64,000 bases of DNA from Myxococcota bacterium (GTDB lineage Bacteria; Myxococcota_A; SURF-8), in contig OZ223209.1 of the NCBI GenBank assembly GCA_965140415.1, positions 1,536,001-1,600,000 of the forward strand. The letters run 5' to 3'. Positions 1 to 10,199 of the stretch are shown piece by piece. Made by a program: the position numbers and the translations under genes. Every line of letters starts with the position of its first letter. Within the stretch, counting starts at the first letter, position 1. A model generated the notes under the pieces. It did not search any database. It saw nothing but the letters and a program-made list of their open reading frames with translations, and had not been told where the DNA came from.

Positions 1-1
1 C

Positions 2-445
2 GAAATCGCGTTAATGCTGCGTGAAAGCGGAAGAATCAAACGCGATACCCAAGGCAACAAAGTCATCGGCCCGGACGGAAAGCCGGAACGGATCGCCGGG
101 CGGCTGAAAAACGTCAAAGGGTTGGGAGTGGCGCTGCCGGAACAGGGCATCGTGCAGGTCTCCATGAACCTGACCGACTTCACCGTTACGCCGCCGCATG
201 TGGCCATCGAAGAATGCCGAAAAGAAGCCGAACGGCTGGGAGTGCGCGTCACAGGCTCGGAAGTGGTCGGCCTGATTCCCAAAGAGGCTCTGCTATTGGC
301 TGGCCGGTATTATTGCGAACGGAACGGCGACGATTCCAGCGCATTCGAAGCGACCCTGTTGGAAGCGGGAGTGGCTGGACTCGGGCTGCACGATCTGTAT
401 CCGTTCGTTTTAAAGGAAAAAGTCATCGAATTGATGATCGACTAA
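2..445 (+). CDS. ftcD: Glutamate formiminotransferase (FTCD N-terminal part), 5'-truncated by window edge
   Basis: Frame open from position 2; motifs GRLKNVKGLG, VQVSMNLTDF, GVRVTGSEVVGLIP typical of formiminotransferase; followed by cyclodeaminase gene. Confidence 0.9.
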   Translation, partial: EIALMLRESGRIKRDTQGNKVIGPDGKPERIAGRLKNVKGLGVALPEQGIVQVSMNLTDFTVTPPHVAIEECRKEAERLGVRVTGSEVVGLIPKEALLLAGRYYCERNGDDSSAFEATLLEAGVAGLGLHDLYPFVLKEKVIELMID

Positions 446-468
446 ATTCGACCCTGAAGGAGAGCGCC

Positions 469-1086
469 ATGTTGATCGATCAGAAAGTAACCGCGTTTCT
501 TCAAACTCTTGGTGCCGGTACGGCGGCTCCTGGTGGAGGTTCCGCCTCTGCACTGTCCGGTGCGATGGCTGCGTCACTGGCGGCGATGGTCGCCGGATTG
601 ACGATCAACAAGAAAGGGTATGAGAGCGTCTGGGAAGAAATGACTGGCATCCAACAGCAGGCGCGCGAACTTTCCCTTCTGTTGTCCGAACTGGTCGACC
701 GTGATGCCGCTGCGTTTAATGAAGTCATGGCTGCTTTCAAACTGCCCAAAGGCAGCGACGATGAAAAGGCGACGCGCTCCAAGGCCATCCAGGAAGCTAC
801 TCTGCATGCCGCCCGCGTTCCGCTGGAAACCATGCAAGCCACACAAAAGGCGAGCACCTTATTATTGGCGGTGGCCGAGCGCGGCAACCGCAACAGCGAA
901 ACCGATGTTGCCGTAGGCGCTTTATTGGCGCAGGCGGGCTGCGAAGGAGCGTATCGTAACGTAGAGATCAACCTGAGCAGCATCAAAGACAAAACCGCAG
1001 CAGAAAAACTGCAAACAGAAGCGGAACGGCTGCTGGCAGAAGTCAAGGCTACGGCGGAAAAGATCCGGCAGCGCTTTTTCGGCTAA
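469..1086 (+). CDS. Formiminotetrahydrofolate cyclodeaminase/cyclohydrolase family protein
   Basis: APGGGSASAL, DRDAAAF and GNRNSETD motifs; GAAGGAG RBS before ATG 469, so the ORF-track start at 214 is too early. Confidence 0.9.
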   Translation: MLIDQKVTAFLQTLGAGTAAPGGGSASALSGAMAASLAAMVAGLTINKKGYESVWEEMTGIQQQARELSLLLSELVDRDAAAFNEVMAAFKLPKGSDDEKATRSKAIQEATLHAARVPLETMQATQKASTLLLAVAERGNRNSETDVAVGALLAQAGCEGAYRNVEINLSSIKDKTAAEKLQTEAERLLAEVKATAEKIRQRFFG

Positions 1087-1476
1087 TTCACGTCACTGCT
1101 TCGAATCCTTACTCGCAATATGAAAAGTCCTGATCCTGTTACTTCGTTCTAGACATAAAACCATGTGATTTCGCTGATTCGAAAACTCGAAATTTCGGAG
1201 GGGGAGGCAACGTTTTGTTATGTTTTCTATTTCAATTGTCTTTTAGGAATAGCATCGGAAATTCGGGTTCTTAGAAGATGGAAATATTACATTGGTGTAA
1301 ATCGATCTAATGACTTGAGCAGCTTTGTCTAGCATTTATTGGTTGCGTTGCGATATACTGGATTGGGAATTGGAAACATCTATTATTTCATAAGAAGAGG
1401 GAAACGACTGTTTCAGCATTATACTCGAAACGGTTTTCCACAACAGAAGCGAAACGGCGTTTAGGGAATAGATTGC

Positions 1477-4400
1477 ATGGCTTATAGTCCAAAAATCGAG
1501 ACCGAACTTGCCAAAGAGCTTCAAGCTGCCAGAAAACGGATCTCCGAATTGGAGCAGTTTCTTGCATCGCAGTCTGTTGAACAAAGCGACGAAACCATCT
1601 CGCGATTGAGCGACACAGACCAAATACGATCAGAGTTGGAAACACAGAACCGTTTCATCACTCAGATTGCCGATACCAGTCCGGTCGGTATCACACGAGT
1701 CAACAAACATGGTGAAATTACATTCGCCAACCGAAGAGCAGAGGAAATATTCGGGCTTTCCAAAACGGATATTGAGTCGAGAACATACAAAGATCCGGAA
1801 TGGAAGATTACGGATTTCAACGGAAATGCGTTTCCAGAAGAGAACCTTCCTTTCGTTATAGCCAGGAAAACGGGAAAACCGATTTTCGGTGTTCAGCATG
1901 CCATCGAATGGCCCGATGGCAAACGGGTTCTGCTTTCCATCAACGTAACGCCACTGTTTGATCGTGATAATGAATTTGATGGCATCATTTCAACGATCGA
2001 GGATATTACCGCACGAACGCAAACAGAAAACGAGTTAAGAGGAAAAGACAAATACTTCAGGGCATTGATCGAAAACGTCAGCGACGTGATCTCGATTCTC
2101 GATGCAGGGGGGAACGTTGTCTACGAAAGTCCGTCCCATAAAGTCGTTTTAGGTTATGAGACCGGTGAATTGATAGGACAAAACATCTTTTCCTACGTGC
2201 ATGAAGAAGACCGGGAACGCATTATGCTGGAGTTTGCCAGCCACATGCAAGAACCGGGGGATATCGCTCCGGTTTCGTTCCGGTTTCTGCGCAAAGACGG
2301 GCGATGGATCAACCTGGAAGGAACCGGCCACAACCTGCTTCACGATCCTGTAATTAACGGAATCATCGTTAACTATCGAGATGTTACTGAGCGCATACGA
2401 ATTGCAGATTCTCTCAATAAAAGCGAAGAATGGCTGAAAAGTATCCTGACTTCGGTTCCGGCTGGTGTCGGTGTCTTGAAAGACCGTGTTCTTATGGAAG
2501 TCAACAAGGTCGCATGCGAGATGGTCGGGTATACGCGGGATGATCTGATTGGGGAAAGCGCTCGCATATTCTTTCCCAGCGAGGAAGAATATCAACACGT
2601 TGACCAAGAAGAGTATCGTCAAATCGAAGAGTACGGAACAGGACAGGTCGAAACCCGATGGCAGCGAAAAGATGGCGGGATTATCGACATTATCATGAGT
2701 TCAACTCCTATCGATTCATCCGACCTGGAAAAAGGTGTGACTTTTAGCGCAATCGACATTACACAACGAAAAAATACCGAACGAGCTTTAAGGGAAAACG
2801 AGTATTTTCTAAGGAAAGCTCAGGAAGTGGCTCATCTTGGTTGCTACAGTTTCGATATCCAGAAAAACAAGTGGGTAAGTTCCGACATCCTCGATGACAT
2901 TTTCGGTATCGGTCCAGATTTTCCACGCAATGCCGAAGGTTGGGCCGAAATCATTCACCCCGATCATCGGGATATGATGACCGATTACCTGCATAATTAC
3001 GTCTTGACCGAAGGAAATCTTTTCGACAAGGAATATCTCATTCTTCGTGTGGATACCAGGGAACAACGATGGGTGCACGGCAAAGGCGAGCTGAAATACG
3101 ATTCCAACAATGTCCCTGTGGAAATGATCGGTACGATACAGGACATAACGGAATTGAGACGAGCAAGCGATGTCTTGCGTGAAAGCGAGGAGAAACTTCG
3201 AGAAGCCCAGGAGATGGTGCACCTGGGATATTGGTTCTGGGAAGTTAAGACCGGTAAGGTTCAGTGGTCGGATGAAGTTTATCGTATTTTCGGGTTTGAT
3301 CCCGAAACCTATACCCCTCATATCGATTCGATTATGGAGCTTTCGCCCTGGCCGGGAGAGAACAAGCGCAACCAGGAGTTGATCCAACGAGCCATTAAAA
3401 GCAAAGAGCAGGGACAATATGAACAGCGATTTCTTTTCCCGGATGGGAGTGATGGATACTATGCCTCCACATTCCAGGGTGTTTACGATGCGAAAGGCGA
3501 GTTGACCGCGATCAAGGGGACCGTGCTCGATATTACGGAGCGCAAGAAAACAGAACTGGCGCTAAGTGAAAGCGAAGGGAGATTCAGATCCATTACCGAA
3601 CAATTGTCGGATATGATCTCCCTGACTGATGAAACGGGATTCATTACTTATGTTTCTCCCGTATGCGAAACGATGTTCCGCGTAGATTCTGAAGAGATGG
3701 TCGGTAAGCATTTTATGGAGTATCTCGACGAATCTGCGATACCGATTGCTATTAAAAACTTCCAGGAATCCCTTGAGGGTAATTACCAAATAAGAAACCT
3801 GGAATTGTTGATGAAACGAGGTGATGGCTCCAGGTTCACCGGCGAATTACATGGATCGCCATTCAATTCGGGAAGTGTACAGGGTGTTCTGGTTGTTATT
3901 CGGGATATTACCGAGCGCAAACAGGCTGAACGTGCTTTGCGAGAAAGCGAACAAACCCACCGTTCGCTGCTTAGGAATTTAAATTCCGGTGTGGTCGTTC
4001 ATGGATCGGATACCCGAGTGCTGCTTGCTAACGACGCCGCGTGCAATTTGCTTGGATTGTCCGAAGATCAGATGCGTGGCAAGGAAGTGATTGATCCCGA
4101 GTGGAGATTCGTCAGTGAAGATATGCTGGATTTGCCGCTTGAGCTCTACCCTGTCAATCAAGTGATTTCCACCCAAGCTCCCATCTATAATAAAATTATC
4201 GGAGTTAGACGGACGAATCCGGATGACCTGGCTTGGGGAATCGTCAACGGATTTCCAGTTTTCAATGAGTTGCATGAAATTGAACAGGTCGTAATCAACT
4301 TTATCGACTATACGGAACTGAAAAAGACGCAGGAAGAAAAAGACAAGTTGGAAAACCAGCTTCAGCAATCGCAGAAAATGGAGTCGATCGGTCGCTTGGC

Positions 4401-5496
4401 AGGAGGAGTCGCTCACGACTTCAACAACCTGCTTACCGGTATCACAGGAAATGTTTCCTTGGGTATGCTGGATCTTTCCCCAGACGATCCGCTTTATGAA
4501 ACTCTGGGAGAGATTGAGAAAGCTGCCAAAAGCGCTGCCGGTCTGACACGCCAGCTGCTTGCTTTTTCTCGAAAGCAGATTATCAGCCCGAAAGTGATCA
4601 ATCTGAATGAATTGATAGAAAACATCCGAAAAATGCTGGAGCGTTTGATCGGAGAAGATATTCATCTTCGTATCATCCCTGATCGGAATCTTGGCAGAGT
4701 CAAAGTCGATCCCGGTCAGATCGAGCAGATCATCGTGAATTTATCCGTCAATGCCCGCGATGCCATGCCAGATGGAGGCAAGCTGACAATCGAAACTCAA
4801 AACAAGGTTCTCGACGAACAATACTGTAAAAACCGTCCCAATGTGAACCCGGGAGAGTTCGTGATGCTGGCCATTTCCGATAACGGTGTCGGAATGGATT
4901 CAAATACCCAGCTAAAAATTTTCGATCCTTTTTACACCACCAAAAACGTTGGAGAAGGAACGGGGCTTGGCTTGTCAACCTCTTATGGGATCGTCAAGCA
5001 GCATAACGGGTATATTCAGGTGTATTCGGAATTGGGAAAAGGCACGACGTTTAAAGTATATTTTCCCAAGGTTGAAGATGAAGCGGAAGATATCAAAGAG
5101 AATAGGGTCATCAATGATTTACCGAGGGGGACGGAAACGATACTCGTCGTGGAGGATGAATCCCTCGTTCGCAATATCGCCATAAAAATTCTGAAGAGAC
5201 AAGGTTACAAAGTACTTTGTGCGGACAATGGACCGAATGCTCTTGCGATAGTCGAACAAGAAAAACCCAATATCGACCTCTTGCTCACCGATATGGTTAT
5301 GCCATACATGAACGGTAGAGAGTTGTCGAATCGATTGGCCAAAGCATATCCGGTCATGAAAATCCTGTTCTCCTCTGGTTATACGGAAAATGTTATCGCT
5401 CACCACGGTGTGTTGGATGACGGTGTCAATTTCATCGGAAAACCGTATTCCCCGCAGGAACTGGCAAAAAAAGTCCGGAATGTTCTAGATGAATAG
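1477..5496 (+). CDS. Cytoplasmic multi-PAS (about 7) hybrid sensor histidine kinase/response regulator
   Basis: Repeated PAS/PAC ends (DITERK-like), H-box AHDFNNLL, NARDAM, DNGVGM, GTGLGL, C-terminal receiver (VVEDE...LLTDMVMP...KP); no TM segment. Confidence 0.95.
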   Translation: MAYSPKIETELAKELQAARKRISELEQFLASQSVEQSDETISRLSDTDQIRSELETQNRFITQIADTSPVGITRVNKHGEITFANRRAEEIFGLSKTDIESRTYKDPEWKITDFNGNAFPEENLPFVIARKTGKPIFGVQHAIEWPDGKRVLLSINVTPLFDRDNEFDGIISTIEDITARTQTENELRGKDKYFRALIENVSDVISILDAGGNVVYESPSHKVVLGYETGELIGQNIFSYVHEEDRERIMLEFASHMQEPGDIAPVSFRFLRKDGRWINLEGTGHNLLHDPVINGIIVNYRDVTERIRIADSLNKSEEWLKSILTSVPAGVGVLKDRVLMEVNKVACEMVGYTRDDLIGESARIFFPSEEEYQHVDQEEYRQIEEYGTGQVETRWQRKDGGIIDIIMSSTPIDSSDLEKGVTFSAIDITQRKNTERALRENEYFLRKAQEVAHLGCYSFDIQKNKWVSSDILDDIFGIGPDFPRNAEGWAEIIHPDHRDMMTDYLHNYVLTEGNLFDKEYLILRVDTREQRWVHGKGELKYDSNNVPVEMIGTIQDITELRRASDVLRESEEKLREAQEMVHLGYWFWEVKTGKVQWSDEVYRIFGFDPETYTPHIDSIMELSPWPGENKRNQELIQRAIKSKEQGQYEQRFLFPDGSDGYYASTFQGVYDAKGELTAIKGTVLDITERKKTELALSESEGRFRSITEQLSDMISLTDETGFITYVSPVCETMFRVDSEEMVGKHFMEYLDESAIPIAIKNFQESLEGNYQIRNLELLMKRGDGSRFTGELHGSPFNSGSVQGVLVVIRDITERKQAERALRESEQTHRSLLRNLNSGVVVHGSDTRVLLANDAACNLLGLSEDQMRGKEVIDPEWRFVSEDMLDLPLELYPVNQVISTQAPIYNKIIGVRRTNPDDLAWGIVNGFPVFNELHEIEQVVINFIDYTELKKTQEEKDKLENQLQQSQKMESIGRLAGGVAHDFNNLLTGITGNVSLGMLDLSPDDPLYETLGEIEKAAKSAAGLTRQLLAFSRKQIISPKVINLNELIENIRKMLERLIGEDIHLRIIPDRNLGRVKVDPGQIEQIIVNLSVNARDAMPDGGKLTIETQNKVLDEQYCKNRPNVNPGEFVMLAISDNGVGMDSNTQLKIFDPFYTTKNVGEGTGLGLSTSYGIVKQHNGYIQVYSELGKGTTFKVYFPKVEDEAEDIKENRVINDLPRGTETILVVEDESLVRNIAIKILKRQGYKVLCADNGPNALAIVEQEKPNIDLLLTDMVMPYMNGRELSNRLAKAYPVMKILFSSGYTENVIAHHGVLDDGVNFIGKPYSPQELAKKVRNVLDE

Positions 5497-5961
5497 GGCA
5501 TTCTAATTGGCTCCTTTGGTTGCGTAAAGAATGTAGGAAGTCAAAATTCTAAAGCCGCTTATTCCTGCCGAGAAAAGTTATTAACAGAAAATATCGGAAT
5601 CATACTGGGAATTGATCCTGTGGTCGATTTCATGATGTCTCCTGTTACCTATGACGTAATAGCATTTCGTCTCTTTCATTCTTGACTAAAAACGACCTGT
5701 TAGAGATCGTGATCTTCTTTCCGGGCCTGAACTTGTGTCTTTGATCAACGGGAGGATTACCTCTATTTATAACTTTTAGTAACAATTCCTCTTTTATACC
5801 TTAAGTCGATTATCTTCCGAAGGCAGGAATAATTATCTGGGAATTCTTGTCCACGCTGGAATGAAATTTAGCGGCAGTTGTTTTAACAAGGGTGATAAAT
5901 ACGTTTATTCGGAGTAATGACTGGTATAAGAAGTTAAAATGAATGAGGCTTCATTTTTCTC

Positions 5962-5990
5962 TTGACAAGCGAATTAGGGGTTCCTATACT
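5962..5990 (+). promoter_or_regulatory. Sigma70-type promoter for acs
   Basis: TTGACA (5962-5967), 17-nt spacer, TATACT (5985-5990), about 150 nt upstream of the acs ATG. Confidence 0.75.
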
Positions 5991-6142
5991 CGCGCCAAAT
6001 TAGAGAATGTTTTGTCGCAATGCGTCAGATGAATTTGAATTGCCTTGTTTTTCCATGTGGTTATGAGCATACCAGAGCATCACAACCAGGGAAATGTTTC
6101 GTTGTAACGAACTCTTTAACTGTGTCAAAGTAGGAGGTCAAA

Positions 6143-8107
6143 ATGAGCGATTTTCTGTACCACGCACCTGATAAGTATCGCGAAAACGCATGGGTGAAGA
6201 CGATGGACGAGTACAAAGCGATGTACAAGCGCTCCATCGATGATCCGGAAGGTTTCTGGAGTGAGATCGCAGAAAACTTCTTCTGGTACAAGAAATGGGA
6301 CAAAGTCCGTGATTTCAATTATGATATCCGCAAAGGTCCCGTCAAAATCGAATGGTTCAAAAACGCAAAAACCAACATCACCGTCAACTGCCTGGACCGT
6401 CACCTGGAAGGCGAAAACAAAGACAAAATCGCCATCATCTGGGAAGGCAACGAACCTGGCGAGCAGAAGACCTTCACCTATGCCGAATTGCATAAAGAAG
6501 TCAATAAGTTTGCCAACGTGTTGAAGTCCAAAGGCATCAAAAAGGGCGACCGCGTATCCATCTATATGCCGATGGTTCCCGAACTGGCGATCGCCATGAT
6601 GGCTACCGCCCGTATCGGCGCGATCCACAGCATCGTGTTCGGTGGTTTCAGTGCTGAAGCGCTGGCGGATCGTATCGTCGATTCCGAGTGCAAAATCGTC
6701 ATCACCACCGACGGTGTGTACCGCGGTAAAAAAGCCGTTCCATTGAAGGGCAACGCCGACAAGGCCATGAGCATCTGCCTCGACAACCACAACCACACCG
6801 TGGACACCTGTGTTGTCGTCAAGCGCACCGGCCTGGACATTCCGATGCAAGACGGTCGTGATTACTACTGGGAAGACCTGATGACCGACGCGGCTGATTT
6901 CTGCGAACCCGAGCAGATGGATGCCGAAGATCCGCTGTTCATCCTGTACACCTCCGGTTCCACTGGCAAGCCCAAAGGCGTGCAGCACAATGTCGGCGGT
7001 TACATGGTTTACACCGGCACGACCTTCAAAAACATCTTCGATTATCATGACAATGACATCTGGTGGTGCACTGCTGATATCGGCTGGGTCACCGGTCACA
7101 GCTACATCGTGTACGGACCGCTCTCTCAGGGCGCGACCAGCATCATGTTCGAAGGCGTTCCGACCTATCCCGACGCGGGCCGCTTCTGGGACGTGGTGGA
7201 CAAATGGAAAGTTACCCAGTTCTACACCGCTCCGACCGCGATCCGCGCTCTGATGGCGCAGGGTGATGAGTGGGTTGACAAATATGACCTGAGCAGCCTG
7301 CGTGTTCTGGGTTCGGTTGGTGAACCTATCAACCCCGAAGCCTGGAAATGGTACTTCAAGCACGTCGGTCACGAGAATTGCCCGATCGTGGACACCTGGT
7401 GGCAGACGGAAACCGGCGGCATCTTGATCACGCCGCTGCCTTACGCCATCGACCAGAAGCCGGGTTCGGCGACTCTGCCTTTCTTCGGCGTAGATCCTTG
7501 CGTCCTGGACGATCAGGGCAACGAGTTGGAAGGTGCCACCGAAGGTATCCTGGCTCTGCGTCAGACCTGGCCGGGCCAGATGCGCACCGTGTACGGTGAC
7601 CACAAGCGTTTCGAAGAGACCTACTTCCAGATGTTCCCGGGTTACTACTTCGCCGGTGACGGCTGCCGTCGCGACGAAGATGGTTACTACTGGATCACCG
7701 GTCGTGTTGATGACGTCATCAACGTTTCCGGTCACCGCATGGGTACCGCCGAAGTCGAGTCCGCACTGGTTTCCCACGCTGCCGTCGCCGAAGCCGCCGT
7801 TGTCGGTTTCCCGCACGATATCAAGGGCCAGGGCATCTATGCTTACGTTACCCTGATCGTGGGTCAGGATCCGACCCCCGAACTGATGAAAGAACTGGTC
7901 GTTCACGTGCGCGGCGAAATCGGACCGATCGCTACGCCGGACAAGATTCACTTTACTCCGGGCCTGCCCAAGACCCGTTCCGGTAAGATCATGCGCCGCA
8001 TCCTGCGCAAAATCGCCGCGGACGAATTCGACAGCCTGGGCGACACCTCGACGCTGGCCGATCCGACTGTCGTCACCAGCCTGATCGAAAAGCACAAAAC
8101 GCTGTAA
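6143..8107 (+). CDS. acs: Acetate--CoA ligase (AMP-forming acetyl-CoA synthetase)
   Basis: [54 protein letters not shown]. Confidence 0.97.
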   Translation: MSDFLYHAPDKYRENAWVKTMDEYKAMYKRSIDDPEGFWSEIAENFFWYKKWDKVRDFNYDIRKGPVKIEWFKNAKTNITVNCLDRHLEGENKDKIAIIWEGNEPGEQKTFTYAELHKEVNKFANVLKSKGIKKGDRVSIYMPMVPELAIAMMATARIGAIHSIVFGGFSAEALADRIVDSECKIVITTDGVYRGKKAVPLKGNADKAMSICLDNHNHTVDTCVVVKRTGLDIPMQDGRDYYWEDLMTDAADFCEPEQMDAEDPLFILYTSGSTGKPKGVQHNVGGYMVYTGTTFKNIFDYHDNDIWWCTADIGWVTGHSYIVYGPLSQGATSIMFEGVPTYPDAGRFWDVVDKWKVTQFYTAPTAIRALMAQGDEWVDKYDLSSLRVLGSVGEPINPEAWKWYFKHVGHENCPIVDTWWQTETGGILITPLPYAIDQKPGSATLPFFGVDPCVLDDQGNELEGATEGILALRQTWPGQMRTVYGDHKRFEETYFQMFPGYYFAGDGCRRDEDGYYWITGRVDDVINVSGHRMGTAEVESALVSHAAVAEAAVVGFPHDIKGQGIYAYVTLIVGQDPTPELMKELVVHVRGEIGPIATPDKIHFTPGLPKTRSGKIMRRILRKIAADEFDSLGDTSTLADPTVVTSLIEKHKTL

Positions 8108-8129
8108 TGTTTTTGTAGCCTGGTGCTTC

Positions 8130-8159
8130 AACGGCCCGCCGACCGGCGGGCCGTTTTTT
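8130..8159 (+). terminator. Intrinsic terminator of acs
   Basis: AACGGCCCGCC-GACC-GGCGGGCCGTT hairpin followed by T-run. Confidence 0.85.
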
Positions 8160-8331
8160 GTGCGCCAGTCCTTGTGCGAGATGATATCCGAAAAGAAAAA
8201 ACTGCAAACCCGGTTTCACTGAAGCGATTGCAAACAAGCTTGAAATTTTTACTTTCCAGTAACTAGCCGATATGGGAATCTGCTTGCGTGGATACAGGTC
8301 GAAATGGTAGAAGAGGGGGCGGGAGGAAAGC

Positions 8332-9021
8332 ATGGCAAAGAAGATACGGCGACCGATCCGAAAAACCCTTCTGGAAGAATTCCTGAACGTTCCCAACATT
8401 CTGACTCTAATCAGGATTATCGCAATTCCGTTTGTGTGTGTCTTGATGCTCGAAGACAGTCGCGTCTCCGCATTTATGGCGACGGGATTGTACGGCCTTG
8501 CGGCCATTACGGATATGCTCGATGGCTACCTGGCACGGCGCAATAACGCCGTCACACTGATCGGCAAGTTCCTGGACCCGTTGGCGGACAAACTGATCGT
8601 TCTCACCATTTTACTGACGCTGCTGGCTATGGGGCGGATGCCCTTGTGGATTGTCGGTCTTATCCTTGCCAGGGAAATCACGGTAACCGGTTTGCGGGCG
8701 ATTGCTTCTGCTGAGGGCATGGTCATTGCCGCCCGCCCGCTGGGCAAATATAAAACCGCCTTTCAAATGGTAGCCCTTTTAGCGCTGCTATTACATTACA
8801 GTTACATCATCAATTTCGCCGTGTACGTCGGTGAATTCGATTTTCACAGAGTCGGAATGTTCTTCCTGTATGTATCCCTGTTTTTTTCCATTGTCAGTGC
8901 CATCGACTATTTCATGGGTTTCATTCGTGAAATGAAGCGAATGCGGGCCGTGCACGATGAACTGGAAGTGGAGGAGGAAGACGAGGACGAGGAAGAAGAA
9001 GCAAGCGCAACTACAACATAG
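8332..9021 (+). CDS. pgsA: CDP-diacylglycerol--glycerol-3-phosphate 3-phosphatidyltransferase
   Basis: N-terminal PNILT, signature DMLDGYLAR...GKFLDPLADK, GKYKT; acidic C-terminal tail. Confidence 0.92.
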   Translation: MAKKIRRPIRKTLLEEFLNVPNILTLIRIIAIPFVCVLMLEDSRVSAFMATGLYGLAAITDMLDGYLARRNNAVTLIGKFLDPLADKLIVLTILLTLLAMGRMPLWIVGLILAREITVTGLRAIASAEGMVIAARPLGKYKTAFQMVALLALLLHYSYIINFAVYVGEFDFHRVGMFFLYVSLFFSIVSAIDYFMGFIREMKRMRAVHDELEVEEEDEDEEEEASATTT

Positions 9022-9045
9022 TATTTACAGCACTGGGAGGTTGAC

Positions 9046-10050
9046 GTGAGCGAAGACAAACCTGGAATCAAGCTCTGTTACCCCTGTAGTCACCATCGAG
9101 AAAAAAACACGGCACAACCCATGCTTTCCGGCACCGGTGCCTGCGGCATCGACTGCAACGTCTGCCGCCTGCATGTCATGGGCGTTTGCAGTCATTGCGG
9201 ATCGGGAGTCAGCCAATCGGGGCGCGCAAAACTGGAAGCTCAACATCGCCTGTTTGGAATGGGGTGCCCGATTCTGGAGTGTGCAAGTCAGCGGAAAATT
9301 GCCTATTGTCTGCGGGATTGCTCGGAATTTCCCTGCGATCGTTTTTCATCCGATCGGGGGAATTATCCCTACAGCAAGGGATTCCTGGAAATGCAAACCC
9401 GACGCCGCGAGCAAGCGGAGTCCAGGCCGGTGGCCAGTTGGCCCGATACCGCCGAGCAGTTCTGGAACATGCTCGATGAAAAAGTTCCTGCCGAAGTCGT
9501 TGCTTCCAGTTGCGCCACCCTTACCAGTCAAGGTGACTACGAGTTACTGTGTCTCGGCGAACGCTGGCTGATCGAACCGAAAAAGCGGCAAGTTACCAAG
9601 ATTCAAGGTTCTTTCGGTGGGGAATGGGACCGTCAGGTACCGTTTTTACTGCTGGTTTACCTCGTTCACGCCCAGGATGGCAATCTTAGCGGCGAGATGA
9701 CGACCATTCGCGATCTGTTTGTTGGCGTAAATGTCTTCCAGAGTCATCTGGCTGTGGAAACGACGGACTTCGAAAGCACATTCGGAACGGATGGCGAAGC
9801 ATTTAAAAATGCGGCAACAAGTCTGGGTGGGCAGGCAACCTCAAATGCGGATGTTTCCTACCGTTTTCAACTACTTCCAAAATTCCCGGTTGAATTCTTA
9901 TTATGGTTGGCGGATGAGGAATTCGAAGCAAGAGTTTCCGTGCTGCTGGATCGCAGTATTCCCCACCATATGCCGGTTGATGGTGTTGCAACTCTGCTGA
10001 ATCTGTTGATTCAGCGTCTGTTATTGGAAAGCCGTCCTCCCACGGATTAA
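9046..10050 (+). CDS. Cys-rich DUF3795-like domain fused to DUF3786-like domain
   Basis: GACGIDCNVC...CSHC...CPILECA...YCLRDCSEFPC N-terminus; C-terminal LPKFPVEFLLWLADEEFEARVSVLLD; GGGAGG RBS, GTG start. Confidence 0.75.
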   Translation: MSEDKPGIKLCYPCSHHREKNTAQPMLSGTGACGIDCNVCRLHVMGVCSHCGSGVSQSGRAKLEAQHRLFGMGCPILECASQRKIAYCLRDCSEFPCDRFSSDRGNYPYSKGFLEMQTRRREQAESRPVASWPDTAEQFWNMLDEKVPAEVVASSCATLTSQGDYELLCLGERWLIEPKKRQVTKIQGSFGGEWDRQVPFLLLVYLVHAQDGNLSGEMTTIRDLFVGVNVFQSHLAVETTDFESTFGTDGEAFKNAATSLGGQATSNADVSYRFQLLPKFPVEFLLWLADEEFEARVSVLLDRSIPHHMPVDGVATLLNLLIQRLLLESRPPTD

Positions 10051-10199
10051 AGATCCACTGGTTTTCTGAACATTCACTTAAAAGATATGGCTACAAAAGG
10101 CTTTCGCTTGACTTTCCGATGAGTTAGGTCTACTAAGGGAAGGCTTGGACATCATACTGATGGCCCGGCGGGCTTGGGAGTAGAAAACAGGAGTAAGGC

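Noticed and set aside
214-468. N-terminal extension of the cyclodeaminase ORF
   Set aside because: Overlaps the transferase gene; RBS and family similarity begin at 469
6125-8131. 668-aa antisense ORF over acs
   Set aside because: Mirror-frame shadow of a strongly codon-biased gene; no recognisable motifs
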